This document shows positions 28,262-36,596 of a DNA stretch of 64,000 nt, piece by piece. The translations under genes and the position numbers were made by a program. This DNA is from Candidatus Taylorbacteria bacterium RIFCSPHIGHO2_02_FULL_46_13 (GTDB taxonomy: Bacteria; Patescibacteriota; Minisyncoccia; Phycocordibacterales; DSPV01), in the NCBI GenBank assembly GCA_001821015.1, contig MHRQ01000020.1:44977-108976 (forward strand), in the 5' to 3' direction. The notes under the pieces are model-generated. The model had not been told where the DNA came from. It ran no database searches and worked only from the letters and a program-made list of their open reading frames with translations. Position 1 is the first letter of the stretch. The number at the start of each line of letters is the position of its first letter.

Positions 28262-29608
28262 TTAGCTTGCCTTCTTGTGTTGCATATTCCACGCGGTTGG
28301 TATGAGAAAATATCCTCTCGTACCGCTTTTTGAGGCTAGCTCATGATATTCTTTCGGGCTATGAACCGTTACCGTCTTCTGGACAGGTGTGTCGGCAAAA
28401 TAATCTTTACTTCTGAAACAGAAGAGTTTTATCTCTATTAGATATTCGCCCGCCATGAAGAGCCGAGCGGGGATCAAAAGGTTTGCGTTATAGTGCCCCG
28501 CCGTGATTTCCTCAAGCTCCGGTTCCCAATCTTGAACAAATGAGCGCGAGATAAGCGTCCCCGAGCTGTTCTTAATTAACACGCCGACCCGAAATGATTG
28601 CAGGTTGCGAGCGATTGAAAAACCGATATGTATTCCAAAGGGGTCGCTACCATCAATGCTCTCTGTTTGCTTCCCGCGTTGGGTGATGGAGAATTCTGTA
28701 AGCGTCACGTTTTCGTCGGTCATAGGAAGGGGGAGCGGCGTGTCATGTTGCGGTCCGCCTTTGAGGTACAGCTCTATGATTTTATCCGTATCGCCGATCG
28801 CCGAAATCTTTCCTTGTTCAAGGAGTACGGTCGTTTTGCATAAACGAGAGACCGCATCCATGTTATGGCTTACGAAGAGGATCGTGCGGCCCTGTGTTTT
28901 TGTGACCTCATCCATTTTTCCGAGACATTTTTTCTGAAAATCCGCATCGCCGACCGCCAGCACTTCATCCACTAAGAGGATATCCGGTTCAAGATGAGCG
29001 GCGACGGAAAATGCCAGTCGCACATACATGCCGCTTGAGTAGCGTTTTACCGGCGTATCTATAAAACGCTCAATGCCAGAGAATGCGACAATCTTGTCAA
29101 AGTTCTTTTCAATTTGTCGCTTAGTCATTCCAAGGATAGCTCCGTTTAAGAATATATTCTCACGGCCAGTGAGCTCCGGATGAAATCCGGTCCCGACCTC
29201 AAGGAGTGACACTACTTTTCCTTTAATTTTTATCTCTCCTTCCGTAGGCGGGGTGATGCCCGTGAGGATTTTTAGCAAGGTTGATTTTCCCGCGCCATTT
29301 CTCCCGATAATGCCGATGACCTCTCCTTTCTTAACATCAAGATTGATATTTTTGAGCGCCCAGAACTCCTCCTTCGTTTCTCGGGCGAGGATTTTTTTCA
29401 TCTGGTTTTTTATGGTTTGGAATGGGGATAAGAGTGCGTACGTGATATTGTCTCGCAAGGCCGTATACCTCGCCGATCTATGTGCAATACGGTATTTCTT
29501 TGAGATATTTTTTATTGATATAACCGTTTCTATCCCGTTAGAGACAGGAAGCGCTTCGCTCGCCTGGCGGGATTGTGGTGGGGGTAATTTTTCTTTTATG
29601 TGAGTCAT
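28262..29608 (-). CDS. wzt: Polysaccharide ABC transporter ATPase Wzt with C-terminal domain
   Basis: GRNGAGKST, YSSGMYVRLAF and DEVLAVGD motifs. Confidence 0.93.
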   Translation of the reverse strand: MTHIKEKLPPPQSRQASEALPVSNGIETVISIKNISKKYRIAHRSARYTALRDNITYALLSPFQTIKNQMKKILARETKEEFWALKNINLDVKKGEVIGIIGRNGAGKSTLLKILTGITPPTEGEIKIKGKVVSLLEVGTGFHPELTGRENIFLNGAILGMTKRQIEKNFDKIVAFSGIERFIDTPVKRYSSGMYVRLAFSVAAHLEPDILLVDEVLAVGDADFQKKCLGKMDEVTKTQGRTILFVSHNMDAVSRLCKTTVLLEQGKISAIGDTDKIIELYLKGGPQHDTPLPLPMTDENVTLTEFSITQRGKQTESIDGSDPFGIHIGFSIARNLQSFRVGVLIKNSSGTLISRSFVQDWEPELEEITAGHYNANLLIPARLFMAGEYLIEIKLFCFRSKDYFADTPVQKTVTVHSPKEYHELASKSGTRGYFLIPTAWNMQHKKAS

Positions 29609-29662
29609 ATCGTTTATTTTAAAATTTCAGTGCTACCGTAGCGAAGCGGTCTCTAACGGGAT
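29532..29662. mobile_element. 131-bp element with 14-bp terminal inverted repeats ATCCCGTTAGAGAC, inserted at the wzt start
   Basis: Perfect TIRs at 29532-29545 and 29649-29662; inner inverted repeat CGCTTCGCT/AGCGAAGCG. Confidence 0.75.
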
Positions 29663-29674
29663 CCATATATTTTT

Positions 29675-30502
29675 CTATACTATATCCGCAAAGATACGTT
29701 CTGTTTTTTTAAAGACAAAAACACCGATAATGAATAGCACGATGCCAATGAGCGCTGATGTTGCCAGCGCTGTCCAGTCAAGCGAGCCTGTGCCTAAAAG
29801 GCCGATGCGCGCGTTATTGATGACTCCGGTCATGGGATTGAGATACAGTATCCATGCATATTTGCCGGCTATGGAGGTAGGGTAAATGACAGGTGTTATG
29901 AAGATGAGTAACTGCAAAAAAAATGGGAGCACGTATCGGACATCGCGATATCGCACATTAATTGATGACAGTATTAATCCAGTACCGACTGCGGGTAAAA
30001 ATGCCAACAGTAACAGTAGCGGTACGAGTAAGACTCCCACAATTGTGGGGAGGATCTGGTAGTACACCATCAGTCCTGCCATAATGAGCGCCGCGAAGGA
30101 GAAATCAACCAACTTGGTTACGGTATCCGCTAGGGGGAGGAGCAGACGCGGAAAGTAGACTTTGGTAACGATTGAAGCATTTGAAATTAGCGTGTTGGAG
30201 CTTTCTGACAGGGAGCTGGTAAAGAATTGCCAGAATAAAAGACCGCTATAGACAAACACCGGATAGGGGACGCCTTCGGAAGGAAGGTGTGCGAGTTTTC
30301 CGAAGATTACGGTAAACACCACCATGGTGATGAATGGTTGGAACACTGCCCACATGATTCCGACGACGGTTTGCTTATAGCGTACTTTAATGTCGCGCCA
30401 TGCAAAAAAGTAGAGTAGTTCTCGATACTCCCACAGCTCTGTAAGGTCAGCGGTACTGAACGATTTCTTCGGTCGGATGATTTTTGTATATACGGTGGAC
30501 AT
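29675..30502 (-). CDS. wzm: Polysaccharide ABC transporter permease Wzm
   Basis: RDIKVRYKQT, KVYFPR, RYRDV and FADIV motifs; multiple TMs. Confidence 0.93.
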   Translation of the reverse strand: MSTVYTKIIRPKKSFSTADLTELWEYRELLYFFAWRDIKVRYKQTVVGIMWAVFQPFITMVVFTVIFGKLAHLPSEGVPYPVFVYSGLLFWQFFTSSLSESSNTLISNASIVTKVYFPRLLLPLADTVTKLVDFSFAALIMAGLMVYYQILPTIVGVLLVPLLLLLAFLPAVGTGLILSSINVRYRDVRYVLPFFLQLLIFITPVIYPTSIAGKYAWILYLNPMTGVINNARIGLLGTGSLDWTALATSALIGIVLFIIGVFVFKKTERIFADIV

Positions 30503-30510
30503 GGCAGTGC

Positions 30511-31587
30511 TTATTTTTTAATCTGCGTGAGGTCATGGTGTACCATTCGTTTGACGAGTTGCTCAAATGAAATTTCTGGCTTCCAACCGAGTTCGCGGCG
30601 AGCTTTATTCGCATTTCCCCGCAGAGACCGTACTTCGTTGGGGCGAAAATATTTTAAATCAATAACCACGCGAGTCTTTTTTGTTTTAGCGTCAATGCCA
30701 CGCTCGGTGAGCCCCCTACCTTTCCAGATAAGTTTGACCTCGGCTTCTTTAAATGCGCGTTCACAGAACTCACGGACACTGTGTTTTCTGCCAGTGGCGA
30801 TGACGTAGTCTTTGGGTGTTTTCTGTTGGAGCATCAAATGCATTGCACGCACAAAGTCTTCAGCGTGCCCCCAATCACGCTCTGCATCAAGGTTGCCGAG
30901 CCGGATGTGCTCGCGTTTACCGGCAAGAATCTCCGCAATGCCGATGGTAATCTTGCGTGTGACGAAATTCTCACCCCGGCGCTCGCTTTCATGGTTGAAA
31001 AGGATCCCGTTCACGATGAACATCTCGTATGACTCTCTATAGATACGACCAATGTGGTAGGCGTATAATTTTGCCGCTCCATACGGACTGCGCGGTTGAA
31101 AAGGCGTTTCTTCATTGAGTTCCGAGACGTTTATGTCACCGGGGAACATTTCAGAGGTTGATGCTTGGTAGATCTTTGCGGGTAATTTCAAATGTCTCAC
31201 TGCTTCCAATATATTTAAAAGTCCGATCGCGTCGGCGTGTGCCGTGTAGACCGGTTTTTCAAATGAAACCTGAACGTGACTTTGTGCTGCGAGGTTGTAT
31301 ATCTCGTCGGGTCTGACTGCCGCGATAGTAGAAAGCATTGAGATGGGGTCCGTGAGATCGCCATAGTGCAATTTCAAATTGCCTGGATTAACGTAATCGT
31401 AAATATGTTCAATTCGTTGGTGGTTGAACGTAGAGGCACGGCGAACAATACCATGTACCTCGTACCCTTTTTCCAAAAGATGTTCCGCAAGATAAGATCC
31501 ATCTTGTCCCGTGATGCCGGTGATAATGGCCTTTTTTCGTTTAGCGCGGTTTCCCGTTCGCTTTGTTTTTTTGTATTTTTTTGGCAT
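30511..31587 (-). CDS. gmd: GDP-mannose 4,6-dehydratase
   Basis: ITGITGQDGSYLAE, LAAQSHV, SPYGAAK and FNHESERRGENFVTRK motifs; start probably ATG 31587. Confidence 0.95.
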   Translation of the reverse strand: MPKKYKKTKRTGNRAKRKKAIITGITGQDGSYLAEHLLEKGYEVHGIVRRASTFNHQRIEHIYDYVNPGNLKLHYGDLTDPISMLSTIAAVRPDEIYNLAAQSHVQVSFEKPVYTAHADAIGLLNILEAVRHLKLPAKIYQASTSEMFPGDINVSELNEETPFQPRSPYGAAKLYAYHIGRIYRESYEMFIVNGILFNHESERRGENFVTRKITIGIAEILAGKREHIRLGNLDAERDWGHAEDFVRAMHLMLQQKTPKDYVIATGRKHSVREFCERAFKEAEVKLIWKGRGLTERGIDAKTKKTRVVIDLKYFRPNEVRSLRGNANKARRELGWKPEISFEQLVKRMVHHDLTQIKK

Positions 31588-31621
31588 GAGTTCTCTTTCT
31601 ATAATCACTATAAGGTGATAA

Positions 31622-31870
31622 CTACCACTTGTTGATTTTACGTACCACTTTTCGTTTCAGATTCAAGTATGATCGGGTTGCTCTCTGTTCAAGCTCAGGA
31701 GAGAGGACATGCAAAAGCTCACGCCCGAGGATTCGGTATTGACCACCGACCTTATTGGCGCGTATCATCCCGTTTTTAAGAAGTCGCTTCATAGTGCTCT
31801 TGCTCACTTTGAGAAGCTTCTGGGTTTCTGCGGTTGTATAGACCACTCCTGGCCTTATCTCTTCGTTCAT
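31622..31870 (-). CDS. HTH_17/excisionase-type (BldC-like) DNA-binding protein
   Basis: YTTAETQKLLKVSKSTMKRLLKNGMIRANKVGGQYRI pattern. Confidence 0.85.
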   Translation of the reverse strand: MNEEIRPGVVYTTAETQKLLKVSKSTMKRLLKNGMIRANKVGGQYRILGRELLHVLSPELEQRATRSYLNLKRKVVRKINKW

Positions 31871-31876
31871 AACCCT

Positions 31877-31916
31877 AGTATAGGGCAGGTGTCAAAAGGT
31901 GTCAAGTAGGTTCACA
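31877..31916 (-). promoter_or_regulatory. Sigma70 promoter TTGACA-17-TATACT overlapped by tandem TTGACACCT repeats
   Basis: -35 at 31905-31900 and -10 at 31882-31877, 6 nt before the ATG; AGGTGTCAA at 31887 and 31897. Confidence 0.75.
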
Positions 31917-32058
31917 TCTATAGAGACACATGATTAAGTATCAGTCAATTATTTTTTTCGTGTTTTCTTTATTGGGTGTGGTAGGGTGTATTCGGACAAA
32001 CAGTTTCCCACGCGGATGCGTGACTTTAAACTGTGTTTGAACTTTAACAAGGAGTGTT

Positions 32059-33054
32059 ATGTTGAATAAAATTATACCTTTCAAGCGCGTGCTGATCACG
32101 GGCATCTCTGGGTCTGGCGGCAGTTATCTCGCCGAGTACATAGTCCAGAATCATCCGGAGGTTGAAATTCACGGATTGTCACGCTGGCACAGCACGACAA
32201 ACCATGACAATCTGCATGCGGTACGTGATCGTGTAGTCATACACGAATGTGATTTGCTGGACTCTTTATCCATCTTAGCTGCGCTTGAGAAGAGCCAGCC
32301 TGACGCCATTTTTCATTTGGCCTCGCACGCCAATGTTCGTGCCTCGTTTCAGACACCGGTGGCTGTCTTGGAAAATAATATTCTCGGTACCGTCAACCTA
32401 TTTGAGGCAGTTCGTTCCGTCGGTGTCCTGCCGCGGTTCTTGCTGTGTAGCAGTTCGGAAGTGTACGGCCAGGTAAGCCGGGAGAATGGACCGATTAACG
32501 AGGATACGCGTATACGCCCCGTGAGTCCCTATGCCGTTTCAAAAGCGACACAGGACATGTTGGGATACTACTACTTCGTTGCCTACAAGATTCCCGTTAT
32601 CATCACTCGCATGTATGCATATCTGAATATGCTACGTGCCGACCTATTTGCTACCGCTTTTGCGCGACAGATTGCCCGCATAGAGCTTGGTTTGCAAAAG
32701 GAGCTTGTGCATGGGAATCTTGACTCCATTCGGACCATCATTGACGTGCGCGATGCGATGCGCGCATACTGGGAAGCACTACTTCACTGTGAGCCTGGCG
32801 AGGCTTACAACATCGGAGGCGATACGGTGAAATCAGTGCGCGAAGTGTTGAATGACCTGGTATCGTTAGCTAAGGTTCCTATACCGATGCGTGAGGAACA
32901 AACGCTTCTGCGTCCGGCTGACGTTACTAATCAAATCCCGAACACAAAGAAATTTCGGGACGCGACGGGCTGGAAGCCGCACTACTCTTTCCAAGAGAGT
33001 CTCACGGACTTGCTCGCGCACGTTCGTACTGAAGTTGCAAAGGAAGAACGGTAG
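32059..33054 (+). CDS. GDP-sugar dehydratase/reductase (Gmd/Rmd-like SDR)
   Basis: ITGISGSGGSYLAE, SSSEVYG, SPYAVSK and LRPADV motifs. Confidence 0.85.
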   Translation: MLNKIIPFKRVLITGISGSGGSYLAEYIVQNHPEVEIHGLSRWHSTTNHDNLHAVRDRVVIHECDLLDSLSILAALEKSQPDAIFHLASHANVRASFQTPVAVLENNILGTVNLFEAVRSVGVLPRFLLCSSSEVYGQVSRENGPINEDTRIRPVSPYAVSKATQDMLGYYYFVAYKIPVIITRMYAYLNMLRADLFATAFARQIARIELGLQKELVHGNLDSIRTIIDVRDAMRAYWEALLHCEPGEAYNIGGDTVKSVREVLNDLVSLAKVPIPMREEQTLLRPADVTNQIPNTKKFRDATGWKPHYSFQESLTDLLAHVRTEVAKEER

Positions 33055-33058
33055 ATTG

Positions 33059-33088
33059 AAGGGTGGACACCAAGTCCACCCTTTTTTA
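33059..33088 (+). terminator. Intrinsic terminator
   Basis: AAGGGTGGAC-ACCAA-GTCCACCCTT followed by a T run. Confidence 0.75.
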
Positions 33089-33174
33089 ATGCGTGCGACA
33101 TGGTGATGGAGAGTTTAGAAACAAACTCCCTCTTGTCCTACCCCGCACCTCTGGCGCGGGTCAAGACGAGTACT

Positions 33175-33696
33175 TTACGGGTCCAAGACTCCGCCCTGCG
33201 GTTTAATACTCTTTATTTTTTCAATAATCTTTGTGGTTGAAATTGCTTCAAACTCCGGTGGGCAAGCTCGCTCAAGTATAACGAGCTTTGTTGGAGAACT
33301 TTTCAGCAGTTCACGTCGCTTCGGTATATCAAATGCGTCGGTAGTGATGACGTAGTAATCTGGCTTAAGCGTGCTGAACACTGAATTGAGTCCACTTAAA
33401 AGGTCCGTACTGAGAAGATTTTGATCAAGAAGAGCGTACGTCACTGATTTTATAGAGGAAACCATCTTAAGCCGTATATGTTGGTTTAAAACAGGGCGTT
33501 CCGCTCCTTTATATATGCGCAAAATGGAATCATTTCCGACCATTACGACAAGAATATCGCCGTATTTTTTACAATCTTCAAAGAAAAGAACATGGCCGGC
33601 ATGTGTCAGGTCAAAGCTACCAGAGCAAAATACAATCTTCTCATCCTTATGTTTCTCTCTGATAGAAGAGAGCTCTTTACCATCAATGATACTCAT
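33175..33696 (-). CDS. Cytidylyl/adenylyltransferase (HldE domain II-like)
   Basis: GSFDLTHAGH, KGAERP and STTKIIEKI motifs; start probably ATG 33696. Confidence 0.85.
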   Translation of the reverse strand: MSIIDGKELSSIREKHKDEKIVFCSGSFDLTHAGHVLFFEDCKKYGDILVVMVGNDSILRIYKGAERPVLNQHIRLKMVSSIKSVTYALLDQNLLSTDLLSGLNSVFSTLKPDYYVITTDAFDIPKRRELLKSSPTKLVILERACPPEFEAISTTKIIEKIKSIKPQGGVLDP

Positions 33697-33933
33697 GATA
33701 GGTATGTAGTATAGGACAGGCGGGCCTTCTTTAAAAGAGTGTGTGAAAATAATTGCAGGTATGCTTTTGTATAACACGACCGCGCGAGAAAGTCTTCTCT
33801 GTCTGTAGTGCGCAGGGATTTGACTGTGGGTTGCAAGAAATGGTAGGTTGACTCCAGATTTGCATGTTGTTGTGCAACATTAGATTGATGGTTCAACTAA
33901 CACACCAACGATAACTACCCAACAAAAAGGTGG

Positions 33934-34491
33934 ATGATGAAAATCCGAAAAGCACACGAGGTGAAAACTATTCTGGAGAGAAGGGACCAGAAGGTTTTTG
34001 AACAGTTGTTTACGCTTGAAGATGGTAGCTCGTATAACCCTCTTATGTATGGCGTTACGTTAGAGAACTATCCTGTTCTCATTATGCCTGTTACGAAAGA
34101 TAAACAGGTAATCGTGCTCAAGCAGTTTCGGTATGCAGCAGAAAAGGTGATACTGGAATTTCCAGGAGGGTGGCCAAAATCAGGAGAAACACCCCAGCAA
34201 GCTCTTCGCTCCGAGCTCGTTGAAGAGTCGGGGTATAAAGCGGGAAGGGTGATCCAGTTAACCAAAAAGCTTTGGTTTGAACCCGCGCACACTCGAGTGT
34301 TCTATGTTCCATTTCTTGCGTTGGACTGCGTGTTAGAAAGAAATCCGAAACCTGACCGATTGGAACACATTGAGGTGCTCAAGATTCCCCTTGATACGTG
34401 GATTGCCATGATTCAGAACGGGGAAGTTGAAGACGACAAGAGCATCGCCATCACCTTTCTGGCACTGACGCATTTGAAAGGTGCGGTCTAA
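33934..34491 (+). CDS. NUDIX hydrolase (ADP-ribose pyrophosphatase-like)
   Basis: KQFRY and EFPGG...ALRSELVEESG Nudix box. Confidence 0.88.
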   Translation: MMKIRKAHEVKTILERRDQKVFEQLFTLEDGSSYNPLMYGVTLENYPVLIMPVTKDKQVIVLKQFRYAAEKVILEFPGGWPKSGETPQQALRSELVEESGYKAGRVIQLTKKLWFEPAHTRVFYVPFLALDCVLERNPKPDRLEHIEVLKIPLDTWIAMIQNGEVEDDKSIAITFLALTHLKGAV

Positions 34492-34495
34492 AGTT

Positions 34496-34530
34496 AAATC
34501 TTGCAGCGAAACAAAGCTGCAAGATTTTTT
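34496..34530 (+). terminator. Intrinsic terminator
   Basis: AAATCTTGCAGC-GAAACAAA-GCTGCAAGATTT followed by a T run. Confidence 0.7.
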
Positions 34531-34839
34531 ATTGCCGAGGAGAACAGCAACAAAAGGTTGAGGAGCGAATGCGTAGCGCTCCGAAAGACATGGTGATGTA
34601 GTTTTGAATCTTTGACGAAAAAACTAGCCACAAGGTGTAGTGAGCCTGTACGGTTTAATATTCTTTATTTCTTTCCAATACTTACGTGTAGATTTGTACG
34701 CCATTCATCAGCATGGTATAGTCGCACCAGATTCACTAATGCTAATGACTTGTTCATATGGTTTTGCGTGCGCAGATGCGACATGTAAACGGGAATGAAT
34801 CCTATATGAAAGCACATTGACACTCAAAGAAAGGTTAGT

Positions 34840-36381
34840 ATGCAGCCTAGAAAACTTGACGTATTGTTCGTTAATCCTGACTCATCTTTCAAGGCGTATC
34901 AGGCATTAAGCAAAGATTTTTCGGCAATAGAGCCGCCCACGTGGGCGTTACTGTTAGCCCAGAGTTGTCGGGCCAAAGGTTTTGGTGTCGGTATTTTGGA
35001 CTGTGGTGCCGAACGACTGGGCATTAATGATTCAATTGAACGCATTATTGGCGCAGACCCACGATTAGTCTGTTTTGTGGTGTACGGTCAAAACCCGAAT
35101 TCTGGCACTACAAATATGGCCGGTGCGCACGATTTGTGTGCACAGCTAAAGGAACAGTATCCTCAATATGTCACCTGCTTCGTAGGTTCTCACACCAGTG
35201 CCTTGCCTAAAGAAGTGCTGGCGTGGGATTGCGTAGATTTCGTTCTCTTGAATGAAGGTGTCTATGCACTTCATAACGTGCTCCAAACAGATCTGAAAGA
35301 ACATATTGAGCAGGTTAAGGGCATCGGCTACAAAAAGCAGGGTGTCTTGATCTTGAATCCCCCCGAGCGTGTCGTGCCGCAAGATCGGATGGACGTAGAC
35401 CTGCCGGGGTATGCGTGGGATCTTCTTCCGTATCGTGAAAAACCTCTTGACTTGTATCGGTCGCATTTCTGGCATGCGGAGTTCAATCATGAACTTCGTA
35501 CTCCATTCGTTGCACTCTACACGGGACTTGGGTGCAAGTTCAAATGTGACTTCTGCATGGTTAACATTGTCAACCGTGTTGATAATACTGACGGAGTTGT
35601 CGCTTCTCACTCACCGACCGTGCGCTTCTGGTCGCCAGAGTTTATGATTGGAGAATTTGAGAAACTTGCTGAACTGGGGGTCAAGACGGTCAGGATTTCA
35701 GACGAAATGTTTTTCCTTAATCGGAAATTCTTTGAACCGTTGTTGAATCTGGTTGTGGAACGCGGTTTCAAATTCCGCATGTGGGCGTACTCTCGCATAG
35801 ATACTGTTCAACCACAGCATTTAGATCTGTTTAAACGCGCGGGTATTAATTGGCTCGCACTTGGAATTGAGGCTGCCAATCTGGTCATCCGACAAGAAGT
35901 CTCCAAGGGTTCTTTCAAGGATATGAGCATCCGCAAAGTAGTAAGCGAGATTGGTCGGCATGACATGAATATAATTGCCAATTATATTTTCGGTCTTCCT
36001 GACGACAGTCTTAAAACGATGCAAGAAACACTGGACTTATCCTTGGAGTTGAATACTGAAACCGCAAACATGTTTCCTTGTCAGGGCTTGCCTGGTAGCG
36101 CGCTGTACTACCTCGCGAAAAGCAACGGGTGGGCCTTGCCGGATTCTTATGCCGGGTATGCATTTCTTTCTTATGAGAGCCAACCGTTGCCTACGAAATA
36201 TTGTACGGCGGCAGAAGTGCTCCGTTTTCGGGATGATGCGTGGAAAAAATACTTCTCTAATCCTGCGTATCTCAGCCTTGTGGAACGCAAATTCGGTGCC
36301 AACCAACGACGCAACGTTGAGGCTATGTCAAAAATCAAGCTTCGTCGCAAGCTTCTCGGTGATCCGCCTCCAGGGCCGTAG
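34840..36381 (+). CDS. Cobalamin-binding radical SAM protein
   Basis: N-terminal B12-binding-like domain; GCKFKCDFC cluster motif; LGIE and NYIFGLP motifs. Confidence 0.88.
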   Translation: MQPRKLDVLFVNPDSSFKAYQALSKDFSAIEPPTWALLLAQSCRAKGFGVGILDCGAERLGINDSIERIIGADPRLVCFVVYGQNPNSGTTNMAGAHDLCAQLKEQYPQYVTCFVGSHTSALPKEVLAWDCVDFVLLNEGVYALHNVLQTDLKEHIEQVKGIGYKKQGVLILNPPERVVPQDRMDVDLPGYAWDLLPYREKPLDLYRSHFWHAEFNHELRTPFVALYTGLGCKFKCDFCMVNIVNRVDNTDGVVASHSPTVRFWSPEFMIGEFEKLAELGVKTVRISDEMFFLNRKFFEPLLNLVVERGFKFRMWAYSRIDTVQPQHLDLFKRAGINWLALGIEAANLVIRQEVSKGSFKDMSIRKVVSEIGRHDMNIIANYIFGLPDDSLKTMQETLDLSLELNTETANMFPCQGLPGSALYYLAKSNGWALPDSYAGYAFLSYESQPLPTKYCTAAEVLRFRDDAWKKYFSNPAYLSLVERKFGANQRRNVEAMSKIKLRRKLLGDPPPGP

Positions 36382-36397
36382 GCCGAGATATATGTTC

Positions 36398-36488
36398 TTT
36401 ATTGCCTAGCGAGCGAGGGGGAGAGAAAAAGTATCTTCTTTTTCTCTCCCGAGCGAGCGACGGCAACAAAGGGTTTACTACCCTTTAT
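36398..36488 (+). mobile_element. Structured element, short form (86 bp), copy 3, intergenic
   Basis: Same TTTATTGCC...GGCAACAAAGGGTTTACTACCCTTTAT frame, lacking the 71-bp nested module. Confidence 0.85.
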
Positions 36489-36596
36489 GCACTATTCAAT
36501 GAGCCGCGTGATCCACATCGCGCGGCTTTTTTGTGTTCGTATAACCCGGTGTTCCTTGCTTACTAGATATGTTTTGGTATAGTATTGCCTACATTC

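Noticed and set aside
31622-31870. Prophage excisionase
   Set aside because: No integrase, att site or phage genes nearby.
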